This document shows positions 42,352 through 54,300 of a DNA stretch of 64,000 nucleotides, piece after piece (position 1 is the first letter of the stretch; each line of letters starts with the position of its first letter). The notes under the pieces are model-generated. The model was given only the letters and a program-made list of their open reading frames with translations, was not told where the DNA came from and made no database searches. Position numbers and translations under genes: made by a program. The DNA comes from Gammaproteobacteria bacterium (GTDB lineage: Bacteria; Pseudomonadota; Gammaproteobacteria; HTCC5015), in the NCBI GenBank assembly GCA_026004975.1, contig BPKE01000001.1, positions 373,788-437,787 on the forward strand, read 5' to 3'.

Positions 42352-45300
42352 TGCAAGGGGCGCCCCCGGCGCCAGTAGGTTTCGGTTTCGACGAGCAGGC
42401 GGTAGCAGCAGCCTTCGGCACGCCAGCGCGCTTCGATCTCGGCGACGACGGCGGCCAGGCGGGCGGCGGCCAGGGCGCCGGATTCGAGGTCGCCGAGGTA
42501 GGCGACGCGCAGCACGCTGGGCGCTTCGCGCAGGCGTTCGAACAGGGTGTCGAGTTCGCCGGCCCAGTGCGGGCGCAGGGCGACGCCGCCGGGCTCGAAG
42601 GCGGCGTCGGCGAGATCGAGCCGCACGACGCGGTGGACGGCGGCGCCGAAGGCGACCTGGCCGAATTTGCCGCGGGTCAGGCGCAACACGCGCGGGTTTT
42701 CGCTGGTGACGCGGTAGCCGCTGGGCAGGGTGCGCGGGTCGAGTTCGATGATGAAGTGGCTGCCGCGGTCGAGGTTCGGCACCTGGGCGCAGGCGATGTG
42801 GAAGCGGCCGTGCGCGTCGGTGGTGACGAGCAGGCCGCGGGCGGTGGCGAGCCGAACGCCGGCGAGCCCGGGTTCGCCCGGATCGGGCTCGCCGTCCAGG
42901 TCGCGGTCGTCGAAGACTTTGCCGACGATGTCGGCGCAGTCGAAGGTGGGGTCGGGCACGACGCGCACGGTGGCGCTGGCCTCGCCGGAGACCGGCTCGG
43001 CCAGACCGGCGATGAAGGCCTGGGCGAGGTTGACGTATTCGCCCTCGCCGACGCCGGCGCCGACGACCAGCAGCAGTTGGATGCGGCTGCGCGCGCCGGG
43101 CGCCAGGGCGAAGGGCGGAAAGTCGAGCCGGCGACCGTCGCCGAGCGGTTCGAAGGGCAGGCCGTCGCGGCGCGCCGAGCCGGGCAGGTATTTGAAGCCC
43201 GGCGGCATGGTGTCGCGCACGATCAGGCCGCTGATGTTGAAGTCCTGCGGGTTGCTCACCTCGATGGTGTAGGGCACGGCCTCGCCGCGCACGACGTTTT
43301 TCAGGGGCGTGGTCTTGCTGATGGTGACCAGGCCGGCGGGCACGTCGTCGAGCGGGATATGGTGGTTGAAGGGGCCGCGCTCGCCGTCGCCGTAACGGAC
43401 GGTGAGGTGGTAGCGGGTGCCGGGGCCGGGCGGCACGTCGCTGGCGGGCGCTTCGGGCTGGGGCTGCACTTCGCACTCGGCGGTGGCGGGCACGGCGTCG
43501 GCACCGCAGTTTTCGGGATCGAGGGTGGTCGGCTCGGGCGGGATGACGACCGAGACGTTTTCGCGCCAGCCGCCGGCGCCGTCCGGGGTTTCGACGAGCA
43601 GGCGGTAGACGCCGCCCACCGGGCAGGCGGGGTCGGCGCCGGGACGCAGGTCGAAGCGGTAGAAGGCTTCGCCGTCGCTGATCTGGCCCTGCTGGCTGCC
43701 CAGGTGCGGCGGGGTGTCGAAGCAGGCCTCGGGCAGCGGCCCGCCGTCCTGGCGACGCAGCCACAGCCGCGCGCCGGCCGGGAAACGCTCGCGGGTGACG
43801 GAGTTGTAGAGCCGGCCGTGCGGATCCAGCGGCAGGTTTTCATCGAGGACGTTGCGCCCGGCTTCGGCCTGGATACCGGCGATGCGCATCAGGCCGGCCT
43901 CGCCGACGGCCGGGGCGCTGCGGCCGAGGGCGCGGTTGGAGCCGGCCGGCCAGCCGGGGCTGCCTTCGGGGACGGCGAAGGTGACGGTGTAGGGGCCGCC
44001 GGGCGCCAGCCCGACGATGGCGAAGCGGCCGTCCTCGCTGGTGGTGAAGCGGTCGATGGGGGCGTCGGCCGGGCCCGGCGCGGGCCGGTCGAGGTAGACG
44101 GCCAGCGGCCAGCCGCCGAAGACCTGCTCGCCCTCGTCGTGGCGGTCGTCGTGGTCCGGGTCGTGCCAGATGCGGCCGCGCAGGGTGACGGTGCCGGGGG
44201 CGCCGCCGACGTCGACGCGGGCGCTGTCGGTGGGGCAGCCGCTCATGCAGGCGTTCCAGCGCACTTCGGCGGTGTTGACGATGGGCGTGCCCTCGGCGAG
44301 GGTGTCGTCGAGGGTGACGCGGAAACTGAATTCGAAGTCCGCACCCGGCTGCAGGGCGCCGTAGGTGGCCCCGTAGTCGGCGCTGAGGGTGGCGCCGGTG
44401 ACGCTCACGCCCCGGGCGAAACCGTCGAGCAAGGCGCTGCCGGCGACCAGCTCGGTGCCGGCCGGCAGGGTGTCGAGCACGCGCAAGCCGCTGATCGGCA
44501 CGGCGCCGGGGTTGGCGACCCGGATGCGGTATTCGAGCCGGCCGCCGGGTTCGGCGGTGCCGCCGCCGACCACCAGGACTTCCTTGCTGATGGTCGGACG
44601 GCCGTCGCCGCCGACCACGAAGCGGGTCGGGCCGTCGCCGTTTTCGTCGTTGCCGTCGGCGTCGCTGGGCTCCTCGGGCTGCACGACCGAGCGCAGCCGC
44701 GCCTGGTTCTCGACGACGGTGCCCGCGGCGGTGCCCGGCGCCACCCGGGCGTCGACGGTGACCTGGACGCCGCCGCCGGCCGGCAGCTCGAAGCGCAACC
44801 CGCCCTGGGCGGGGTCAAGCGGCGGGCCGGCGCCGTCGGGCTGGACGACGCCGTCGAGGGTGGTGGTCCCGGGCAGGTAGGCGAGCTCGGCGGGCAGCGC
44901 GTCGAGCAGGGTGACTTCGCCGGCGTCGAGGTTGCCGCGGTTGGTGGCGACGAGGGTGTAGCGGACGCTGTCGCCGGCGTCGATGACGCCGTCGCCGTCG
45001 AGGTCGTCGACCAGGGCGACGGTCTTGAGCAGATCGAGGTTGACGCCGCGACCGACCACGTCCTGGGTGGGGTCGGCGGGCAAGGGAGTGTCGGGATCGT
45101 CGCTGAACACGGGCGGGAACGGCAGCGGCGGCGCGGCCGGGTCGGCCTGCTCGATGCCGCCGCGCAGCACGCCCTGGTTGGAGAGCACGGTGCCGTTGGC
45201 CAGGCCCTCGTCGACGCGCACGTCGAAGGTGACGACGGCGACGTTGCCGGCGGCCGGATCGGGGTCGGCGGCCAGCCGCCCGGCGCCGGCGCCCGGGGAC

Positions 45301-48300
45301 TGGATGAGCAGGCCCGCTTCCAGCGGCGCGCCGCCATCGGCCGGGTCGGGCACGGGCGCGCCGTTGAGGGTGGTGCTGCCGGCCACGTAGCGGGTGTGGG
45401 CCGGCACGGTGTCGGTGAGCACCACGCCGACGGCGTCGGCGTCGCCGACGTTCTTGACGGTGAGGGTGTAACGCAAGCGCTCGCCGCCGAGCAGCACGCC
45501 GGGGTCGCCGTCGAGGTCGGCGGAGGTCTTCTCGAAGACCAGTTCCGGTTCGGCGCCGATGAGGGTGACGGTGGGGTCGGCGGGCTCGGGGGTGAGCGGG
45601 TCGTCGCTGGGCCGCGGACTCATGGCCGGGGCGTCGATTTCGGCCTGGTTGGCGACGACGAGGCCGGCCGGCAGCGGCGCGGCCAGCGTCAGTTCGAAGA
45701 CCAGTTCGATGCGGTCGGCGCCGCCCCCGGCCGCGTCGATCGGGATGTCGTCGATGGCGATGAGGCCGTTGCCGGCCGCGCCGCCGGCGGGGTCGGTGGC
45801 GTCGTTCCAGGCCGGGTCGGGCGGCACGACCCACACCAGGCTGCCGGGCGCGAAGGCCGCCGGTGTGTTCAGGGCGTCGATCTGGTCGCGCAGTTGCAGG
45901 ACCGTGCCGAGGCGGCCGGTGTTGGTGATTTCCAGGGTGTAGCGCAGGGTGTCGCCGGGCCGCGCGGTCAGCCCCGGGTCGGCGCCGCTGCTGGCGTTGA
46001 CCACGCGCTTGGTGAAGCTGAGCACGGGGGCGCGGGTCTCGAGCGGCAGATCGTGCGCCCAGTCGTCGTCGGCGACGGCGACGGTGCCGGAGCCGGCCGG
46101 TTGCTGGTAGACGACGGCGCCCGGCGGGACGCCGGCGCTGGTGTCCTCGCCGTACCAGCGCTCGACCAGGGCGCGGTTGACGACGGCCAGGCCGTCGCCG
46201 GTGTCCTCGACCAGGGCGGCCTCGTAGACGACGCGCAGGACCTCGCCGGGCTCGATGCGCGCCGCCGCCGAGCGCAGCTCGATGGTGAAGGCGCCGCTCG
46301 CCGGGTCGTAGGCGAGGTCGTAGTCGTCGGGGCCGGCTTCGCTCAGGCTGCGCCCGCCGACTTCGATGGAGACGATCTGCGGCGGATCGGCGCCGCGCAT
46401 TTCGGGCGGCAGGATGTCGAGCAGGCGCGCCTGCCAGATGGTGGTGGTGTTCGGCGCGTCGTTGGCGACTTCCAGGGCGAAGCGCTCGGGCGTGCCCAGA
46501 TCGATGAAGCCGTCGGCGCCGGGGGCGGCTGCGGGGCCGAGCTCGATCTTGCTGAGCAGGGGTTGCGGGACGACGACGGTGAAGCTGGCCTCGTCGCTGC
46601 CGCCGAAGGTGTTGGCCGGCTGGCCGGGGGCGTCGGCGAAGCGGTACTCGGCCCGGTTGGTGACGACGGTGCCGGCCGGTCCGGCCGCCGGCTCGACGCG
46701 CACGCTGAGCAGGATCTCGGCCTGGCTGCCGGCGGGCAGCTGTTGCAGGCGCAGGCGCACCTGGTTGCTGCCGGGGGCGGTGAGGTCGGTGAGGCCGACG
46801 GCGCCGTTGCCGGGGCCGAAGGCGGCGCCGAGGTAGGTCAGGCCGGGCGGCAGGTCGTCGTCGACTTCGACCTCGTAGAGGGTGGTGACGGCCGGGGTGT
46901 CGGGGAAAGCGCAGCCGGTACTCGATGGTCTGGCCGTGGGTGGCCTCGGCCGGGCCGTCCTTGATCATGTTCATGGGGGTCTGGGCGGTAACGGTCACGG
47001 CGACCGGGCCGACCGGACCGTAGAGCCGCGCCGGATCGGTGGGCCGCGAGGCGTAGCGGTCCACTTGCAGGCGGTTGCTGAAGATGGCGCCGGGGCCGAC
47101 CTCGGGGTCGACGTTGAGGGCGTAGACGATGACCAGGCAGTTGCCGGGGGCCTGGTGATCGAGGGCGTCGCCGGGCGCCAGGGTCCAGATCAGTTCGCCG
47201 CCGGCGAAGGCGAAGTTCGGGCTGTTTTCGTCGTAGTCGGGGGTGCGGTCGACGCCGCCGAGGGTGACGCTGACGACGTCCGGGTCGGGCGGCGCGCCGT
47301 CGGCCCCGTCGAGCTCCGGCGGCAGGGTGTCGCGCAGCACGAGACCGTAGGCCGGGGCGGTGCCGCTGTTGCACACCTGCAGGGTGAATTCGAGCCGCTG
47401 GCCCGCGCTGACCAGGGCCGGGCCGCCGTCGCTGCGCTGCTTGTCGAGGTCGGCCGGGCCGATGAAGGGTTGCTGGACGGTGATCGTGGCGGCGGCGTCG
47501 GCGCCGGCGGCGGGCGTGCCGTCGTCGCGCAGGTGGTCGACGCGCGCCAGGTTGGCCAGGGCGGTGCTGCTGGCGCCGGCGGCGGGGTAAGGCACGGCGA
47601 CGGCGTCGTCGCGCACCCGCGCCCGGTAGCGGATGACGAAACGGTCGTTGGCCGGGTCGTTGTCGGCGGCGTTGCCGACGTCGCCGAGGGTCCAGGTGAG
47701 GGTTCCGGTGGCGCCGGCGGCCGGGGTGGCGGCGGCGGCGATGGGGGCGTGGGCGAAGGGCGCGACCGCCTCGTAGGGCGCGCTGTCGTCGCCGTTGACG
47801 CTGAGCGTGGCGACGAATTCGAGGCCGGGCGGCAGGGTGTCTTGGACCACCAGCCCGCGCACCAGCCCTTCCTGGAGACGGATTTCGAGGCGGAAATCGA
47901 CGGTGTCGCCGACGCGCAGGTCGTCCGGTGTACCGGGGTATTCGTCGGCCTCGCGGGTTTTGTCCAGGGCGGTGAGCTCGGGCACGGCGGCGGCGGCCTG
48001 GACGGGGCCGGCGCAATAATCGTCGGGGGCGGTGACGGCGGGACAGCCGGCGCCGTCGCGCTCGAGATCGGAGGGGCCGTCGAGCGAGCTCCAGTCGGCG
48101 CTCAGACTGTTGTCGAGCACCGCGCCGGGCTGGGCGTCGTCGGCCACCCGCAGGCGGTAGACGAGCACGAACACGCCGCCGGCGGGGATGTCGAGGCTGT
48201 CGTCGCCGTTGCCGCGCCCCCAGACGAGCGGCCCGGCCGGGGCGCCGGCGGGGACCGGGTTGAAGCCGGCGAGCGGCGCGCCGTCGAGGGTGGCCGAGAC

Positions 48301-51300
48301 GGTGGCGTCGAAGCGCAGGGCCGGCGGCAGGGTGTCGACGAGGTCGACGTCGAAGGCGGTGGCGGTGCCGGTGTTCTCGACGGTGAGGGTGTATTCAACG
48401 AGGTCGCCGGCGTCGGGCCCGGCCGCCGGCGGGGTGAGGGTCTTGGTGAGCTGCAGTTGCGGCTCGACCACGGTGAGGACGACGGGGGGCGCGGTGACGG
48501 GCGCGGCTGCGCCGGCATGGCTCACCTCGGCGGCGTTCTGCAGCAGGTCACCGGCGTCGACGTCCAGGGCGTTGTCGATGCGCACGGTGTAGACGACGCG
48601 CAGGTAGGGGTCGATGGCGCCGCCGCCGGCGTCGTTCTCGCTCTGGGTGACGACGGTGCCGAAGTTCCATTCGATGAGGCCGGTGGCCTCGTCGGCGGGT
48701 TCGACGACGGCGCCGGCCAGGGCGGCGGTGAGCGCGGCGCTGTCGCTGCAGTCCACGGGAATGCCGGCGACGCTGACCAGACCGGCGCACTCGTAGAGGA
48801 TGTCGGCGCCGGCCTCGTGTTCGAGGACCAGGCCGGGGCCGCCGGCGGCGAGGTCGTCGCGCAGGCGCAGATCGAGCGCGCGGCCTTCGGGCAGGCCGAT
48901 CTCGAGGGCGAAGCGCTTGCGCTGGCCCACGGCCGCCGGCAGGGCGGGATCGAGGTCGCTCTTGGCGAGCGTCGGGGCGGGCACATCGAGGGCGGCGGTG
49001 ACCCCGGTTTCGTAGTCGTTGATCCCGCCGTCCGGCGGGATCTGACCGTTGCGCAGGCCGTCGGCGGCGCCGTCGGCGCCGATCGTGCCGCCGCCGTTGA
49101 GGGCGGTGGCGGCGCTGGGCAGGGAGGTCCAGGCGGCGTACAGATCGTGCGGGATGCTCTGCTCGGGGTTGACGGTGCCGAGCACGCGCAGGCGGTAGCT
49201 GAAGTCGAAGGCGCCGCCGACGGGCACGGCGTCGCCGGGAGCGAAGGTGAAGCTCGGGTTGCCGGCCCCGTCGACGGTGACGGTCGGCGCCGGCGTGCCG
49301 GGGGCGGTGACGACGCTGCCCGGCACGTATTCGAGCAGGCCGGCGGGCAGGCCGTCGTAGACGACGAGGTTGTAGGCGTCGGCGGTGCCGGTGTTCTCGG
49401 CCCGGACCTCGACGGTGATCTCGTCTCCGGCGTCGATCTGGTTGTCGGGGGTGACGAGGTTGGGCGGCGGGTCGCCGTCGAAGGGGATGGGGTCACCGAA
49501 CCAGGTCTGCAGGGTGATCTGCGGCTCGCGCAGGGTGAGCCGCGCTTCGTTGATGTCGATGGTGACGGTGCTGCCGGAGGCGTCGACGTAGCGGACGTTC
49601 ACGGCGGTGGACGCGCCGCCGTTGGCGAGCACCAGGCCGTCGTCGATGCCGGCGAGGTTCTCGACCCGGGCGATGAAGCGCGCCTGCAGGGTGTACTGGC
49701 CGACGCCGCCGCTGCCGAGCAGGCGCTGGTCGCCGGCGGTGGACAGATCCCATTCGACGGCGTCGGCGTCGCACTGCACGGCGGGGAAGGTGCCGCCCGG
49801 GTCGAAGCCCGGATCCTGGGCCGGCGGGTCGTAGAGAGGCAGCTCGACGGGGAAGGCTTCGATGCAGCGCAGGCCGGCCGGCAGCTCGTCGCGCAGCCGG
49901 AAGTCGCGCAGCTCGGAGACGGGGATGCCGACCTCGAGCTGGATTTCGACTTCTTCGCCGACAACGGCGGTTTCGTCCACGCAGGGGGTGGGCGTGCAGG
50001 CGCCCGTCACCAGGCCGGCGGCGCGGCGCGCGGTGGCGGTGAACGTCTTGGAACCGGGGGTGACGGTGACGTCGAGCACGCGGATGCCGGCGCGCGCCTC
50101 GGGCAGCACGTATTCGCGCGCGCCGGTGAGGCCGCCGCTGGCGCCGGCGGGCGCACTCTGGTTGCCGCTGGCGCCGGCCAGGCTGTCGTAGCGGCCGGCG
50201 GCGGCGTTGCCGTCGCCGGTGGGGCCGCCGGCGACGTTGTCCAGCACCTGGGTGGGGGTGACGTCGCTGTCCAGCCGCGCGTAGTAGTACAGCTCGACGC
50301 TGGCGCCGGGGTCGAGGCGCGCCAGGGCCGGCGAGTGGTCGCCTTCGAAGGTGAGCACGGCGGGAACGCCGTCGGCCATGACGGTGTTGCTGACGCTGCC
50401 CTCCCCGTCCGGGTCGGCGGCGTCGACCAAACCGTCGCCGTCGTTGTCGATGCCGTCGGTGGCGAGGTTTTCGGGCAGGAGCTGGTCGGAGGGGTCGGTC
50501 GCGTCCTCGATGCGCAGGTCGAAAGCGGGGGCGCGCGGCAGGCCGCCGGCGTCCGCCTCGTTGCTCAGGGTCAGGCGGAAGATGTAGCGGTCGTCGGCGT
50601 CGCCCTCGGCACGCTGCGGCCAGGTGACGAAGGGCTGGCAGGCCGGGCCGACGGCCAGCGGATCGGCGGCGGCCGACAGCGATTCGTTGCACACCGCCTT
50701 GACCAGGCCGACGGCCGGCTCGGCGATGCGCAGGCGGCGTTCGCGGTCGGCGGCGGTCGGGTAGCCGGGGCTGTTTTCGTCGAAGGTGATGCGGTTGCCG
50801 CTGCCGGTGAAGTAGACGTCGAAACGGACGTTCACCTCGTCGAAGCGCTCGGCGGCGTGGACGTTGGGCGCGGCCGAAGCGTTGACCGGGTCGTTCAGGC
50901 TGCGGGTGCTGAACTCGGCGACGAAGCGTTGCTCGGCGCGGTCGTCGGCCGGCGCGGTGATGGGGTCGAGGCGCCAGGCCAAGGCGGTTTCCTGCAGGTC
51001 GGTCGGTGCGGCGGGGTTCTGCACGGCGACGGTCACGCCGGGGGAGCTCGCGGAGAAGTCGATGCCGGCCGGCAGCACGCCCTGGCCGTCGAGGGGATCG
51101 GGCAGGTTGGGCGGATCGGCGGCGGGATCGGCCTCGACCGGCGGCGGGTTGTTGCCGCGCGCGCCCTCGTAGACGCGGGCGTTGCGGATCTCGATGTTGC
51201 CGAAACCGGGGGTGGCGAAACCGAACCAACCGGCGGTGAGCCGGTAACGGCATTCCTCGCCGATCTGGACGATCGGATCGGGGGGTGCGCCGGCCTCGCT

Positions 51301-54300
51301 GCAGGAGACGATCTCCTTGCGCAGGTTGAAGCCGATGATGCGCACCAGGACGTTGTCCTTGCTGTAGTACGGCCAGCCGGCCGCGCCGCGGTCGGGCACG
51401 GGGTTGCCGTCGGCGCCGACGGCGCGGCCGAGGACGTCGGCCCGGAAGGTGAGGTCGCCGGAGCTGCCCAGCGGCAGGGTGCGCTGGATGGTGAAGGTGA
51501 AGGTGTTGCTGGCGCCGGGCGGCAAGGGCTCGTCGAGCCGGCAGAGGAAGCTGCGCGAATCGCCGGGGTCGTACTCGGGCGGCAGGATGCCGCCGGGGTT
51601 GATCGGGTCTTCGCCCAGCTCCGGCGGCGGCGCGGCCGGGTTGCAGCCGGCCGGCAGGGCGCCGGCGTCGATGCCGTTGCCGACGGTGACGTAGAGGTCG
51701 TAGTTGGCGGCGTCGTGACCGCCGCGGTTGGTGAGCACGACGTCGAAGGTGAGCGTCGCCGCGGGGTCGCTGAGGATGTAGAAAAGATCCGGGTCGGCCG
51801 GGTTGATGTCGACGTCCAGGTCTTCGGGATCGACGGGCGCGACGAGCTCGGACGGCAGGTTGACGCTGTCGTCGTCGTCGAAGACGGTGCCGCAGGTGTT
51901 CTCGAAGCGCAGACTGACGCGGTTGGTGGCATCGGCCGGATAGGCGGGGTCGGTGCCGTCGGCCGGGGTTTCCTCGCGCACCTCGGGCTGGTTCAGCGCG
52001 TCGAAGGGGCGCACGCGCACCAGTTGCAGGGTCAGGGTCAGGCGGTCGCCGTGGCGCAACAGATTCGATTGCACGGCGGTGCCGCTGGTGCTGGAGGTGA
52101 AATCGAAGACCGGTTGCGCCGGGTTGCTGTCATCCAGGACGTAGCCGTCGACGAGGCCGGGGTAGTTGCCGAAAGCGGGCTGGACGTCGAGCCCGATCGG
52201 CGCGGTCAGGTCGAGTTCGTAGTCGGCCGGCAGGGTGTCGATGAGCCGCAGGTTGCGCACCGTGCCGCCGGAGTTGTTGAGCACGGTGAGGGTGAGCACG
52301 CCGCGGGTGCCGAGGGGCTGGGCGGGATCGAGGCCGGTCAAGGTCTGCTGGACGATCACGCCGTTGGGATCGACGCCCGCGCTGAGCGCGGCGCCGTCGG
52401 CGTCGTCGGCGCCGACCACGCCCGGGGTGGCGGCATCGAGCCCGCCGGCCGGGGGGCTGGCCTCGCAACCCCATTCGATGGCGGCGTCGTTCTGTTCGTT
52501 GCTGCACAGGTTGCCGACCCGGCCCAGCACGTAGAGGTCGGTGCGGCCGCCGGCGGGCAGGTCGACGAAGGCGCCCGGTTCGTCGTTGGCGGGACTGCCG
52601 AAAGGATCGTCCACGTCGAGGGCGGCGCTGTAAGCGACGCAGGGCGCGAGCAGGCCGCCGCCGCTTTCCATGGCCGCCGCCTGGGCTTCGGCGGCCCCTT
52701 GGTCGGGGCAGATGTAGAGCAGTTGCAGGTTGGTGCCGGGGGTGAGGGTGTCGCGCAGCAGCAGGTCTTCGAGGTCGGCCGAATCGGGGGCGCCGGCCTC
52801 GTCGATGCGCACCCGCCAGATGAGGATGTCGTCGGTGCCGCCGTAGACGGGATCGGCGGCCTGGGCCTCGCCTTGCCGCGCCGAGTAATTGCGCCCCCGC
52901 TTGTCGACCTGCGGCTGGGGCTGGCGCAGCGGCACCTGGAAGGTCTCCTGCGTCGGCGGCAACCCGGGGTCACCGCAGAACAGGTCGAAGTCGGCGCGGG
53001 CGGTGATCTGGCGCGAGGCGCCGGCCAGGGCCTCGGGGTCGGCGCCGGCGGCGCGCACCCGGAAGCGGATGCGCAGGCCGGTGGGCAGGTTGCCGGCGAG
53101 GTCGGAGTAGAGCCGGGCGAGCTCGGGGACGCTGCCGGCGTCCCAGGACAGGGCCGTCGCGCCGTCGGCGTTCGGGTCGGCGGCAAGGACGTAGGCGGCG
53201 CCGCCCTCGGGCACGATTTCGGTCTGGCCGTCGTAGACCAGGCCGGAACCGGTCAGGTCTTCGTCGACGACCACGTCGTAGAGGTCCGAGGCGCCGTCGT
53301 TGCGCACCTCCAGCTCGACCCAGCCGGAACGGCACAACTCGCAGAAACTCTCGGCCTGGTGTTCCAGGGCGAGGTCGATGAGCGGGAAGACGACGTTCGG
53401 CCCGTTCTCGCTGAACAGCACGCTGCCGGCGGTGCAGGCACGGCGGATCTCGGTCTGGTTCGGGTTGCCGACGTTGCAACCGCCGCCTTGCGGCAGGCCG
53501 ATGGCGACGATGACCTCGGTCGAACCGCCGGGCGGCAGGTCCGGCAGGCCGCTCCAGACCATCAGCGGATCGCCGAGCGCGCCCGGGTCGGCCGCCGGGG
53601 TGGAGCCCGCGCGGTACGGCAGGAAGCCGGGCGGCACGCGGTTGGTGAACACCCAGTTCTCGAGCGGCGCGACGCCGGTGTTGGTGATGCGCACCCGCCA
53701 GCGGAACACGCCTTCGTTGCCGGGCAAGCCGGGGTCGACGTCGGCGAAGGCCTGCGGCTCGCCGAGGATCACGTTGGGCGGCAGGAATTCGACGTCGAGC
53801 TGGGCGGGCGGCGTGGTGCCGACGACCGTGATGCTGCGCTGGCGGTCTTCGTCGTCGTCCCAGCCGTTGCCGATGTCCGGCGAGGTGTGGTTGCTGTCCC
53901 AGTAGACCGTCGCGGTCAGTTCGCGGCCCGGCGCGCCGGGCAGGAGGCTGATGGGGAAGCGCACCGTCGACAGGTCGACCAGGTCGTCGCCGTCGTTGGG
54001 GGTGACGTGGATTTCGAGCTGCCCCGGCCCGGGATTGATCTGGGGGGCGAGCGCGGCCAGCGGGCCGCTCAGGGTGACGTCGGTCGCCGCGGCCGGCAAC
54101 TGGTAATCGCTGCTGGTGAACAGCAGCCGGACGTTGTCGGCGACCAGCGGCCGCGGGCTCGGCCCGAGGATGTCGAACACCGCCTCGGTCTGGCCGCAGA
54201 CGCCGGCGTCGTTGGTCTCCTCGATGCGCCCGGTCAGGTTGATCTCGCCGCGCACCAGGGCGAAGGGCAACCCCTGGGTGTAACTGTCGTCCCCGGTGCA

